From Candidatus Komeilibacteria bacterium RIFCSPHIGHO2_01_FULL_52_14 (GTDB taxonomy: Bacteria; Patescibacteriota; Patescibacteriia; UBA1558; 2-01-FULL-52-15): a stretch of DNA of 25,119 bases. Below are positions 1 through 8,948 of this stretch, in pieces. Both the position numbers and the translations under genes were made by a program. The stretch is from contig MHKK01000037.1 in assembly GCA_001818365.1 (NCBI GenBank), forward strand, positions 1 through 25,119, in the 5' to 3' direction. The notes below the pieces were generated by a model that did no database searches, was not told the origin of the DNA, and saw nothing but the letters and a program-made list of their open reading frames with translations. The first letter of the stretch is position 1. Each line of letters starts with the position of its first letter.

Positions 1-1
1 A

Positions 2-154
2 ATGATTTCACCGAAACATGCGAATTACATCATTAACGTCGGCTCAGCGACCTCGGAGGACGTTGTAACCATGGTCAGCTTTATTAAGCAGCAGGTACGC
101 GATGCCTACGGCATACAACTGGAAGAAGAAGTACAGATTGTGCCGGAAAGTTGA
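2..154 (+). CDS. murB: 3' end of UDP-N-acetylenolpyruvoylglucosamine reductase (MurB), partial; the start lies upstream of the window
   Basis: Frame 2 translates to ...ISPKHANYIINVGSATSEDVVTMVSFIKQQVRDAYGIQLEEEVQIVPES*. This matches the conserved MurB C-terminus (HANFIIN...A.DV..L...V...V....G..LE.EV). The TGA stop is at 152-154. Confidence 0.5.
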   Translation: MISPKHANYIINVGSATSEDVVTMVSFIKQQVRDAYGIQLEEEVQIVPES

Positions 155-187
155 TTTCACTCTCTAAAAGCGTTACACTAGCTCTCG

Positions 188-538
188 ATGGAATATCAGG
201 TTTACAGTAAAAACGTATTTGTCACCGATAGTTTATCGGAATATTTGCGTATGAAGATGGCGCATATCGACAAGCTGAGCGTTAATCCGATTGCCTGCAG
301 GGTTGACGTAAGCAGGGATGCGCATCACCGCAAGGGCGAGGTTTTTCGGATCGAGATCAATATGACGGTACCAAACCGTCTTTTACGCATCGTCGAGGTT
401 CAATCCGACATGCGGGCAGCCATCGACATAGCCACCGACAAATTATTGGAGCAGCTCAAAAAATACAAATCGAAAGCGATCGATCTGCGTCGGGGTTTTT
501 CGCGTTTATTCAAAAGGCAGCGCAGAAACTCGCGTTGA
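188..538 (+). CDS. hpf: ribosome hibernation promoting factor / ribosome-associated inhibitor A (short HPF/YfiA/RaiA family, 116 aa)
   Basis: Size, charge pattern and motifs (EYLRMK..L, RVDVS, FRIEINMTVPN..L, DIATDKLLEQLKKYK) are typical of the sigma-54 modulation protein / S30EA family. It lies immediately upstream of secA, as is common. Confidence 0.75.
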   Translation: MEYQVYSKNVFVTDSLSEYLRMKMAHIDKLSVNPIACRVDVSRDAHHRKGEVFRIEINMTVPNRLLRIVEVQSDMRAAIDIATDKLLEQLKKYKSKAIDLRRGFSRLFKRQRRNSR

Positions 539-545
539 CACCCCC

Positions 546-3404
546 ATGGCTTTCCTGACATCTCTATTTGGAGACGCGAACAAGCGTTTCCTACAAACGC
601 TTGCAACGATCGTCTCCGACGTTAACTCGAAAGAACAAGATTTAGCGAAGCTGTCCGATGAGGACCTTCGGTCGCGCACACTCGAATTAAAAAAGAAGCT
701 ATCGGATTCTCACGCTGCGAGCACCGATCAACTATCCGCTATCGAAAATTCGCTCCGGCTTGCAGCGAGCGAAGATGAAAAAAATCGTCTGCATCGTGCA
801 CGCATCGAACTCCTCAACGCGCCACTCAACGAATTGGCGCCTGACTCGTTTGCGATAGTGCGCGAAGCGGCCAAGCGCACCTTGAACCAGCGACACTTCG
901 ACGTCCAGCTCATGGGCGGGCTTGTTCTTCATTACGGCCAGGTCGCCGAAATGAAAACCGGCGAAGGTAAAACCCTTACGTCGACACTAGCCGTATACTT
1001 GAATGCACTCTCCGGCAAGGGCGTCCATGTCGTTACTGTCAACGACTATTTGGCCAGACGCGACGCCATCTGGATGGCGCAAATATTTCATTTGCTCGGT
1101 CTTTCGGTCGGCGTCATCATGCACGACGCGGCTTTTCTCTACGATCCGATGCATGTTTCCGCCGAGGAAGAGGAGCGGCGTGACGAGGGTGTCGCTCTCG
1201 AAATGAAGTTTTTGCGGCCCGTATCGCGCAAGGAAGCGTATCAGGCCGATATCACCTACGGGACCAACAACGAATTCGGTTTCGACTATCTCCGCGACAA
1301 CATGGTCTACGAGATGACTCAAAAAGTGCAGCGCGATCTGCACTATGCGATCGTCGACGAAGTCGACAGCATCCTGATCGACGAAGCACGAACTCCGCTT
1401 ATCATCTCGGCGTCTGATACCAGACCGACGCAGCGCTACTATCAATTCGCCGAACTCGTTAACCAGCTCGATGAAAAAACTGATTATGCGATTGACGAGA
1501 AGCTCCGTGCCGCGACGCTCACCGAATCGGGAATCACAAAATTGGAAAAATTGTTGAACGTCGAGAATATATACGTGCAGGGCGGCATCCAGACGGTGCA
1601 CCACATCGAGCAGGCATTAAAGGCCAAAACGCTTTTTCTTAAGGACCGCGACTACACTATCAAGGACGGCGAGATAGTCATCGTCGACGAATTTACCGGC
1701 AGAATGCTTCCGGGCAGGCGTTACTCCGAGGGACTGCACCAGGCCATCGAGGCCAAAGAAGGAGTTACAATTCAGCGCGAGAGCAAGACGATGGCGACGA
1801 TCACGTTCCAGAATTATTTTCGCCTATACACCAAGCTTTCCGGAATGACCGGAACCGCGGAAACCGAAGCCGAGGAGCTTGCTAAGATTTACAATCTGGA
1901 TGTAACGACAATACCCACGCATAGGCCGATGATTCGCCAGGATAACTCTGACCGGATCTACAAGAACGAAGCTGCAAAATTCGCCGCCGTCGTGCAGGAA
2001 ATCAAGACGCGCCACGAGAAGGGTCAGCCGATCCTTGTGGGAACCATATCGATCGACAAAAACGAGCGTTTATCGGCATTGCTTGAGCAGGAGGGGCTGC
2101 AATTTCATATTCTGAACGCAAAGCAGCACGAGCGAGAAGCCGAAATCATTGCACAAGCAGGAGCATACGGTGCCATAACCATTGCCACGAACATGGCAGG
2201 CCGCGGCGTCGACATCAAGCTCGGCGGCTCTCCCCACAACGAGGAGCAATTTAAACGGATCGTGGAGCTTGGCGGGCTGCACGTGCTCGGCACCGAGCGC
2301 CACGAATCACGGCGTATTGACAACCAGCTCCGTGGACGGTCAGGGCGCCAGGGCGAGCCGGGCTCGAGTCAGTTCCTTGTATCGCTCGAGGACGATCTGA
2401 TGAGAATTTTCGGAGCCGAACGCGTAAAAGGCCTCATGAAGAATTGGCCCGACGACATGCCCATCGAAAACAAATTCATCAGCAAATCCATCGAATCGGC
2501 GCAGAAGCGCGTTGAAGGTCATAACTTCGACATTCGAAAACATCTCGTCGAGTATGACGACGTCATAAATAAACAGCGCATGATCGTCTATGGTAAACGA
2601 GATCTGCTGCTGCAAACCGACCTCGACAACGAAGAGCTGCTTCCGGCGATGCTTCGCGACGAGATGCAGCAGGAGATTGAGTACGCACTTGATTCGTTTG
2701 CTACGGCCCCAGCAACTGCAGAATGGAGCACTAAGGAGCTCGTCGAGTTTCTACGCGCACTGTTAAATCCGACACCGCCTCAGCTGAAAGAGCTCGAGGA
2801 TCTTTGTACTTCCGCCGATGCACACGCCGCACGGGCGCAACTCTTTGAAAAAATTCAAGCGCTGTCCGATCTTCGATTCGGCACGGTTCGCAGTACCGTC
2901 AACAAGCAAATGGCGTCGCCAACCAAAAAATACCCGATCAATGAGATTATACGATCTTTCTACTTGCGCAGCATCGACATACTCTGGGTGGAGCATCTCG
3001 AAACGATCAATTATCTGAGGACCGGGATAGGTCTGCGCGGTTACGGTCAGAGGGACCCTCTGGTTGAGTATAAACGAGAATCGAAAGATTTATTCAATCG
3101 TTTACTTGCGGATATCCGCCGGCAGTTCGTTTTCGCCCTCATCAACATCGGCACGGAAGCTACCGGTCGCCCTGCCGCAACCGACGGACAAGAACGCCTT
3201 ACCGAACAGAAGGATGCGGTTAGCGTGTTCGGCGGTGCCGAGGAGCGCAAAACGGAAGCACCGACCTCAAAACCAAAAGACACTTCCGGAAAAAAAATCG
3301 GCCGAAACGATCCTTGCTATTGCGGAGCGATAAACCCCGATACCGGCCAGGTCTATAAATATAAAAAATGCGGCCTTATCAATGCTCCGTATCACAAGCA
3401 ATAG
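546..3404 (+). CDS. secA: preprotein translocase ATPase SecA (952 aa)
   Basis: Has the Walker A motif MKTGEGKT, the DEVDSILIDEARTPLIIS DEAD-like motor motif, TGTAETEAEE, NMAGRGVDIKLGG and the C-terminal Cys/His metal-binding tail RNDPCYCG...KKCG...YH. Confidence 0.95.
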   Translation: MAFLTSLFGDANKRFLQTLATIVSDVNSKEQDLAKLSDEDLRSRTLELKKKLSDSHAASTDQLSAIENSLRLAASEDEKNRLHRARIELLNAPLNELAPDSFAIVREAAKRTLNQRHFDVQLMGGLVLHYGQVAEMKTGEGKTLTSTLAVYLNALSGKGVHVVTVNDYLARRDAIWMAQIFHLLGLSVGVIMHDAAFLYDPMHVSAEEEERRDEGVALEMKFLRPVSRKEAYQADITYGTNNEFGFDYLRDNMVYEMTQKVQRDLHYAIVDEVDSILIDEARTPLIISASDTRPTQRYYQFAELVNQLDEKTDYAIDEKLRAATLTESGITKLEKLLNVENIYVQGGIQTVHHIEQALKAKTLFLKDRDYTIKDGEIVIVDEFTGRMLPGRRYSEGLHQAIEAKEGVTIQRESKTMATITFQNYFRLYTKLSGMTGTAETEAEELAKIYNLDVTTIPTHRPMIRQDNSDRIYKNEAAKFAAVVQEIKTRHEKGQPILVGTISIDKNERLSALLEQEGLQFHILNAKQHEREAEIIAQAGAYGAITIATNMAGRGVDIKLGGSPHNEEQFKRIVELGGLHVLGTERHESRRIDNQLRGRSGRQGEPGSSQFLVSLEDDLMRIFGAERVKGLMKNWPDDMPIENKFISKSIESAQKRVEGHNFDIRKHLVEYDDVINKQRMIVYGKRDLLLQTDLDNEELLPAMLRDEMQQEIEYALDSFATAPATAEWSTKELVEFLRALLNPTPPQLKELEDLCTSADAHAARAQLFEKIQALSDLRFGTVRSTVNKQMASPTKKYPINEIIRSFYLRSIDILWVEHLETINYLRTGIGLRGYGQRDPLVEYKRESKDLFNRLLADIRRQFVFALINIGTEATGRPAATDGQERLTEQKDAVSVFGGAEERKTEAPTSKPKDTSGKKIGRNDPCYCGAINPDTGQVYKYKKCGLINAPYHKQ

Positions 3405-3505
3405 AAGAGCCCACCTTCTGCACCATGCCGATGATTATCGAAACATAGCCGAAACAGCGGAGCGGCTTCCGGAAACACGGTAATTTCAGCGAATCATAGG
3501 AGCTC

Positions 3506-5269
3506 TTGAAAGGGTATAAGGAATCTGCTAGTATTCGCTCCGTTATGAATAAATACCGAGTTGAGGCAAAAACACATCGTCTCGCGACACCGACACAGGT
3601 GCGCGTGAGCATTTTTTTAATTGTCATATTGACCATCTCCGCCGTTTTCGTGGCTGTTCCGCAAAGCATTTTGGCAAAAATCAACCTTTCCATTCCCTTT
3701 TTCTCCCGATTCTACACGCATCTCGGTCTTGATCTTCAGGGAGGCACGCACCTGGTCTACCAAGCCGATCTCGGTAATATTGCGCCTTCGGAGCGCGATT
3801 CGGCCCTTGAGGGCGCAAGAGACGTCATAGACCGCAGAGTAAACTCGCTCGGTGTTGCCGAACCGGTCGTACAAACTTCCCATCAGGCAGGCAATTCCCG
3901 CATTATTATCGAGTTGGCCGGTGTTCTGGACGTCAATCAGGCAATTAAAAAAATAGGGGAGACGCCGCTTTTGGAATTTATGGAAACCGGGACTGCGACA
4001 ACCACTAAACCGACAAGTGAGCAGATTTCGGCTGTTGAAGAGAAAAATAAAGCCCAGGAGCAGGCAGCCAACGATATCATCAAACGGCTGCAGAAAGGCG
4101 AGATTTTCGAGGAGCTGGCAAAGCAATATTCCGAAGACCCGGGGAGCAAGGACAATGGTGGCGATCTGGACTGGATCGGTCGCGGTATCTTTACTCCGCT
4201 CTTCGAGAAAGCCATATTTGACGAAATGAAACCCGGCGATCTTCGGCCGGCGCCCCTGCAGACCGAGTTCGGATACCACGTCATTAAAAAATTAGAGGAG
4301 CGTACCACCGATACCGGCGCAAAGGAAATTCACGCCGCACACATTCTGTTCCGTACAGAGTCACTCAACCAGGACACGGGCCCCATCTGGATCAACACGT
4401 CGCTGTCGGGCAAAAATTTAAAGCGTGCCGAGGTGACCTTCACGTCGCGCGTCGGTGCTCCGGAAGTATCGCTTACCTTTGACAGCGAGGGGGCCAAGCT
4501 CTTTGAGGACATCACGCGCCGCAACGTCAACAAGCCCGTGGGCATCTTCCTCGATGGCTCGGCCATTTCAACGCCAAACGTCAACACGGTCATTACCGGG
4601 GGACAGGCGGTCATCACCGGAAACTTTTCCCTCGAAGAAGCAAAAACCCTGGCTCAACGGTTGAATGCGGGCGCTCTGCCGGTACCGATCTCTCTTTTGA
4701 GCCAGCAAACCGTCGGTCCGTCTCTCGGACGGGATTCCCTTGATAAAAGCGTCTTTGCAGGAGCCATCGGCTTCCTCCTGGTCGCCTTGTTTATGATCTT
4801 CCTGTATCGCCTGCCCGGTATTCTTGCAGTTTTGGCCCTGTGCCTCTATGCACTCATAACGGTCAGCTTATTTCAGATTATCCCGGTCACTCTTACCCTT
4901 GCGGGGGTTGCCGGTTTCATACTTTCGATCGGCATGGCAGTCGACGCGAACGTGCTGATCTTCGAACGCGTAAAGGAGGAGATCCGCAAAGGGCAAAACT
5001 TTACGAATGCCGTTGAAACCGGCTTTACGCGTGCATGGTCCTCAATACGCGATTCAAACGTCTCAAGTCTCATCACCTGTATCATCCTGTACTGGTTCGG
5101 ATCATCCATTATCCGGGGATTTGCGGTTACTCTCGCCCTGGGTATTGCCGTCAGCATGTTCTCGGCCATTACCGTCACACGCACCTACCTGCGAATCGTG
5201 ATCCGCTCGCAGGCGTTGCAGAAAACCTGGCTATTCGGAGTCAAGGCATCACATCAAACACATGCATAA
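3506..5269 (+). CDS. secD: protein-export membrane protein SecD with an embedded parvulin (PpiC-type) peptidyl-prolyl isomerase domain at about residues 172-265
   Basis: SecD hallmarks: LGLDLQGGTHLVYQAD, RVNSLGVAEPVVQ, IIIELAG, GETPLLEF, and C-terminal TM bundle motifs VDANVLIFERVKEE and ILYWFG. The embedded segment DIIKRLQKGEIFEELAKQYSEDPGSKDNGGDLDWIGRGIFTPLFEKAIFDEMKPGDLRPAPLQTEFGYHVIK matches the PpiC/parvulin rotamase signature. Start is TTG at 3506, preceded by AGGAG; an alternative ATG lies at 3545. Confidence 0.85.
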   Translation: MKGYKESASIRSVMNKYRVEAKTHRLATPTQVRVSIFLIVILTISAVFVAVPQSILAKINLSIPFFSRFYTHLGLDLQGGTHLVYQADLGNIAPSERDSALEGARDVIDRRVNSLGVAEPVVQTSHQAGNSRIIIELAGVLDVNQAIKKIGETPLLEFMETGTATTTKPTSEQISAVEEKNKAQEQAANDIIKRLQKGEIFEELAKQYSEDPGSKDNGGDLDWIGRGIFTPLFEKAIFDEMKPGDLRPAPLQTEFGYHVIKKLEERTTDTGAKEIHAAHILFRTESLNQDTGPIWINTSLSGKNLKRAEVTFTSRVGAPEVSLTFDSEGAKLFEDITRRNVNKPVGIFLDGSAISTPNVNTVITGGQAVITGNFSLEEAKTLAQRLNAGALPVPISLLSQQTVGPSLGRDSLDKSVFAGAIGFLLVALFMIFLYRLPGILAVLALCLYALITVSLFQIIPVTLTLAGVAGFILSIGMAVDANVLIFERVKEEIRKGQNFTNAVETGFTRAWSSIRDSNVSSLITCIILYWFGSSIIRGFAVTLALGIAVSMFSAITVTRTYLRIVIRSQALQKTWLFGVKASHQTHA

Positions 5270-6185
5270 TTTTCCATTCGTAGGATTACGCCGTCTATGG
5301 TATACGGGCTCCGGGCTGCTCGTTGCAGCAAGCATCGTCCTTTTTGCGATCTTCGGATTGCGATACGGCCTCGATTTTACCGGCGGCAGTTTGCTCGAGG
5401 TCGGTTATGCATCACAACGTCCGACCGTTGAAGCGCTCACGCAACTTCTCAAAGAAACCGGTGCGGCCGACGAAAAAATTCAGCCAAGCGGTTCCCTGGA
5501 TTATATTATCCGTCTCCCCGAGATCTCCGAAGACAAACACCAGGATCTGCTCAAAAAACTTTCCGATCAGGCCGCTGCGCTTGCCGAGGGCAATACCCTG
5601 TCGGAAAAACGATTCGAGTCCTTTGGCCCGACACTCGGCAGCGAGCTCAAGCGAAACGCAGTCATCGCGATCATCCTGGTGCTCATCGCAATCATCGCAT
5701 ATCTCGCGTACGCCTTCAGGAAGGTCTCCCGTCCCGTCTCGTCATGGAAATTCGGTGTTGTCGCCGTCATAGCGCTGACGCACGATATATTCATACCGGT
5801 CGGTTTGTTCACCCTCCTGGGACTTCTCTACGGGACCGAGGTTGACAGTTTGTTCGTGACGGCTTTGCTTACGCTCTTGGGATTTTCCGTTCACGATACC
5901 ATCGTGACGCTGGATCGGATCCGCGAGAATCTTTTTAAGCATCAGGACCTGACATTCTCCGAGATCGTGAACGTGAGCATCAACGAGACGTTTACCAGAT
6001 CCATCAACACATCGCTATCGACGCTTTTCGCGCTTATCGCGATTTATTTTTTCGGCGGCGCCACGATCCGCAATTTCGTTCTCGTGCTCATCATCGGTAT
6101 CATCATCGGCACGTATTCATCCGTCTTTATCGCAGCCCCGCTCTTGGTCACCTGGCATTCCTTTTCGAGCAAGCGCAAAATATAA
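5262..6185 (+). CDS. secF: protein-export membrane protein SecF (307 aa)
   Basis: Has LDFTGGSLLEVGY, the TM pattern, HDTIVTLDRIREN and LSTLFALIAIYFFGG. Overlaps the secD stop by 8 nt, consistent with translational coupling. Confidence 0.85.
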   Translation: MHNFPFVGLRRLWYTGSGLLVAASIVLFAIFGLRYGLDFTGGSLLEVGYASQRPTVEALTQLLKETGAADEKIQPSGSLDYIIRLPEISEDKHQDLLKKLSDQAAALAEGNTLSEKRFESFGPTLGSELKRNAVIAIILVLIAIIAYLAYAFRKVSRPVSSWKFGVVAVIALTHDIFIPVGLFTLLGLLYGTEVDSLFVTALLTLLGFSVHDTIVTLDRIRENLFKHQDLTFSEIVNVSINETFTRSINTSLSTLFALIAIYFFGGATIRNFVLVLIIGIIIGTYSSVFIAAPLLVTWHSFSSKRKI

Positions 6186-6213
6186 CGGCACCGCATACGG
6201 ATACGATTAAACC

Positions 6214-6237
6214 GGGCTTTGACAAAAGCCCTTTTTT
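6214..6237 (+). terminator. rho-independent terminator after secF
   Basis: Stem GGGCTTT/AAAGCCC with loop GACA, followed by TTTTTTG. Confidence 0.6.
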
Positions 6238-6256
6238 GTTGGCCTGCTTACATTAC

Positions 6257-6285
6257 TTGACGAATTTTGCCAATTATGCTATATT
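6257..6285 (+). promoter_or_regulatory. putative sigma-70 promoter: TTGACG, 17-nt spacer, TATATT
   Basis: -35 at 6257-6262 and -10 at 6280-6285. The predicted TSS near 6292 lies 8 nt before the ATG at 6300. Confidence 0.4.
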
Positions 6286-6299
6286 CGGCCATATCCACT

Positions 6300-7397
6300 A
6301 TGGCAACATCAATTCTCGACCAAGTACTGTCTTCGCAGAAGCAATCCGCTATTTCTCAGTTTGACCCTGAGCAAGTGGCTGCTAAGCTTTTTTCGATACT
6401 TTCAGAGCGCGAGCAGGACATTCTTGTGCGGCGCTATGGGCTTAAGGGAAAGGAAAAGATGACCCTTGAGGAAATCGGCAAGCAGTATTCGGTCACCCGG
6501 GAGCGCATCCGACAGGTTGAAAATGCTTCGATCAACAAAATACTGAGCGAATACCGCGATTCACTTCTGCGTGATCTTGAGGCGCTGATCCGCGACGTAC
6601 TTGAGGACCACGGCGAGCTTATGTCCGAGAATCGCCTGGTGCAAAATCTTCTCGACACCGACGCCGAGAGCGATCAATCGAAGGCGCTGGTACATTTCAT
6701 GCTGAACCAGCTTCTCGCGGAACGGCTGCAACTCGTCCGTGAATCCGATGCCGTCTATAAGACATGGTCGCTGCAAGCGGCACGATGGGATGAATTTCAT
6801 TCGATTATCGACCGGCTTGTCGAAATAATCAAAAAGCACAATGAGCCGCTCCGCCTCGAGCAGTTGCTCGACCGGGCCCGTGGAGCGGTATCCGTTCCCG
6901 AGGACGATTTCGAGCGTATTCTCGTAAACTATCTCGACGTCACGAAAAAAATTGAGGAGAACCGATTCAACGAGTGGGGTCTTTCGCATTGGAGCTTGAT
7001 CCGTCCTCGCCGCATGAACGATAAAATTTATCTGATACTGAAGCGTGAAACAAAGCCCTTGCACTTCGTTGAGATCGCAAAGCGAATCAACGATTCAAAT
7101 TTCGACAAGCGCGTTGCCTACCCTGCGACCATTCACAACGAGTTGATACTCGACGATAAGTATGTCCTGGTCGGGCGCGGCATCTATGCCCTCAAGGAGT
7201 GGGGTTATAAGCCCGGCGTCGTGCTGGACGTCATCAAGGACATCCTTCGTGAGAACGGCGCCATGTCCAAAGAGGAGATTATCACCGCGGTTTTGAAGAA
7301 CAGAATGGTAAAGAGGAGCACAGTGGTTCTCGCACTCATGAACAAGAAATTCTTTGCCAAGGATCAGGACGGCCGGTACGTGCTTGTGCAGTCATAG
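6300..7397 (+). CDS. predicted DNA-binding regulator with an N-terminal sigma-70 region-4 HTH and a C-terminal HARE-HTH (RNAP delta-subunit-like) domain. It is not a complete sigma factor.
   Basis: Region-4 signature: LSEREQDILVRRYGL..KEKMTLEEIGKQYSVTRERIRQVENASINKIL. The C-terminus PLHFVEIAKRIND...ATIHNELILDDKYVLVGRGIYALKEWG follows the HARE-HTH pattern. No sigma regions 2 or 3. The ORF track starts at TTG 6267; the ATG at 6300 (MATSILDQ...) is preferred because it lies downstream of the promoter. Confidence 0.7.
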   Translation: MATSILDQVLSSQKQSAISQFDPEQVAAKLFSILSEREQDILVRRYGLKGKEKMTLEEIGKQYSVTRERIRQVENASINKILSEYRDSLLRDLEALIRDVLEDHGELMSENRLVQNLLDTDAESDQSKALVHFMLNQLLAERLQLVRESDAVYKTWSLQAARWDEFHSIIDRLVEIIKKHNEPLRLEQLLDRARGAVSVPEDDFERILVNYLDVTKKIEENRFNEWGLSHWSLIRPRRMNDKIYLILKRETKPLHFVEIAKRINDSNFDKRVAYPATIHNELILDDKYVLVGRGIYALKEWGYKPGVVLDVIKDILRENGAMSKEEIITAVLKNRMVKRSTVVLALMNKKFFAKDQDGRYVLVQS

Positions 7398-7424
7398 TGA
7401 CGCGGGACAGAAAAACACAAACCC

Positions 7425-8948
7425 ATGCTGCCAGACATTAATGCGTTTTTGATTCAACTTGCATCGAAAAGTCCACTCGAGGTCGGGTGGATTTTGTTTA
7501 TTAAAGGCGGGTGGATCATCCTTGCCGTCATGACCATCCGCGCCATGCTGTTGATACGGTTGTATCAACTGCAGGGCAAGTACCTTCGCAAATTTGAATA
7601 CGTACTGCTCGCGATCGACGTACCCAAGGCAAGTGAGCAAACTCCGAAAGCCATGGAACAGGTTTTTGCGACGATTACCGGGGCTCACCAGGAGATCAGC
7701 AGGCGCACGAAATACGGAACAGGAGAGGTCCAGCTCCAATTTTCTTTTGAGGTCGTCTCACTGGACGGGTATGTTCAATTCCTCGTTTACACGCCAAAAA
7801 TTTACCGTGACCTCGTCGAGGGAGCCATCTACTCGCAGTACCCCGACTGCGAGATTACGGAGGTAGAGGACTACACCAAGAATATCCCGTCGGTATGGCC
7901 AAACGATCAGTATAAACTCTGGGGGTCGGAAATTGTTCTGGCAAAAAAAGAAGCATACCCGCTTCGCACCTACCCTTCGTTCGAAGATCAGCTCTCGCAG
8001 GAGCTCAAGGACCCGCTTGCGTCGCTCATCGAAAATATGAGCCGTATCCATCAAAACGAGCAGGTCTGGCTGCAGATGATCCTCGTACCGACCGAGAACG
8101 TCGTGTGGGTCAAACGCGCCTTAAAGGAGGCCTATAAGATCGCCGGGAAAAAGACCAAGGAGGAACAAAAAACCGGATATCTGGACAGGATTCTGTCTCC
8201 GCTTTATAACTTCCCCAACTGGTTCTCGTGGCTAGCAACCGGAGGAGGCGAAACGAAACGGGACCAGCAATTCGATTTCCGCGTGCTCAATCTCACCCCG
8301 GGAGAGCGGGCGTCTGTCGAAGCCATAGAGAAAAAAGCATCAAAGCTCGGCTATATCGTTAAAATGCGTATCGTATATCTGTCGACGCCGGAACAATATC
8401 AGCCGGCGCGCGTCATTAATTCCGTTTTCGGTGCCATCAAGCAGTTCGGCGATCTGACGTCCAATTCACTGAAGCCCAACAAAAAGACCAAAACATCGGT
8501 CGTCTGGTTCAAGTTCAGATCAAAAGGCAAACAAATCCGACTCATGCGCAACTATAAGAACCGGTCATGGTTCCGCGGCTCCAAATGGTATATCCTTAAC
8601 GTAGAGGAGCTCGCCACGCTGTATCATTTCCCGTCGATAACCGTCACGTCTCCGTATCTCAAGCGTACGGAAACCAAAAAGGGCGAGGCACCGGTCCAGT
8701 TGCCGGCAAGCATTGTCGAGGAGAAAGCGGCCGAGATCGGCTCGCTCAAGACCGAGCTTGAAGGTCTGGATCTCGATAATGATTATTACGAGCAGAAGTA
8801 CGGCAAATATCGGGTGCCAAAGCCGCAAAACCTCACAGAGAAGCAGGCGACCGTCGTTGAGAAGCCGACTCTCGATACACGCTCGGATAAACCCGAGCAG
8901 GAAGCTGAATCAAAGTCCACAGCCCCAAGCAATTTACCTCTCGGATAA
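7425..8948 (+). CDS. single-pass membrane protein of unknown function (507 aa). It is homologous to the N-terminal half of the 829-aa protein at 22123-24612.
   Basis: Has an N-terminal TM helix (WILFIKGGWIILAVMTIRAMLLIRL). Alignable blocks with the 22123 ORF include FEYVLLAIDVPK vs HDILLITIPK and ILNVEELATLYHFPS vs LLNSEEMVSLFHLPE. Its TAA stop overlaps the ATG of the next gene (TAATG). Confidence 0.75.
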   Translation: MLPDINAFLIQLASKSPLEVGWILFIKGGWIILAVMTIRAMLLIRLYQLQGKYLRKFEYVLLAIDVPKASEQTPKAMEQVFATITGAHQEISRRTKYGTGEVQLQFSFEVVSLDGYVQFLVYTPKIYRDLVEGAIYSQYPDCEITEVEDYTKNIPSVWPNDQYKLWGSEIVLAKKEAYPLRTYPSFEDQLSQELKDPLASLIENMSRIHQNEQVWLQMILVPTENVVWVKRALKEAYKIAGKKTKEEQKTGYLDRILSPLYNFPNWFSWLATGGGETKRDQQFDFRVLNLTPGERASVEAIEKKASKLGYIVKMRIVYLSTPEQYQPARVINSVFGAIKQFGDLTSNSLKPNKKTKTSVVWFKFRSKGKQIRLMRNYKNRSWFRGSKWYILNVEELATLYHFPSITVTSPYLKRTETKKGEAPVQLPASIVEEKAAEIGSLKTELEGLDLDNDYYEQKYGKYRVPKPQNLTEKQATVVEKPTLDTRSDKPEQEAESKSTAPSNLPLG

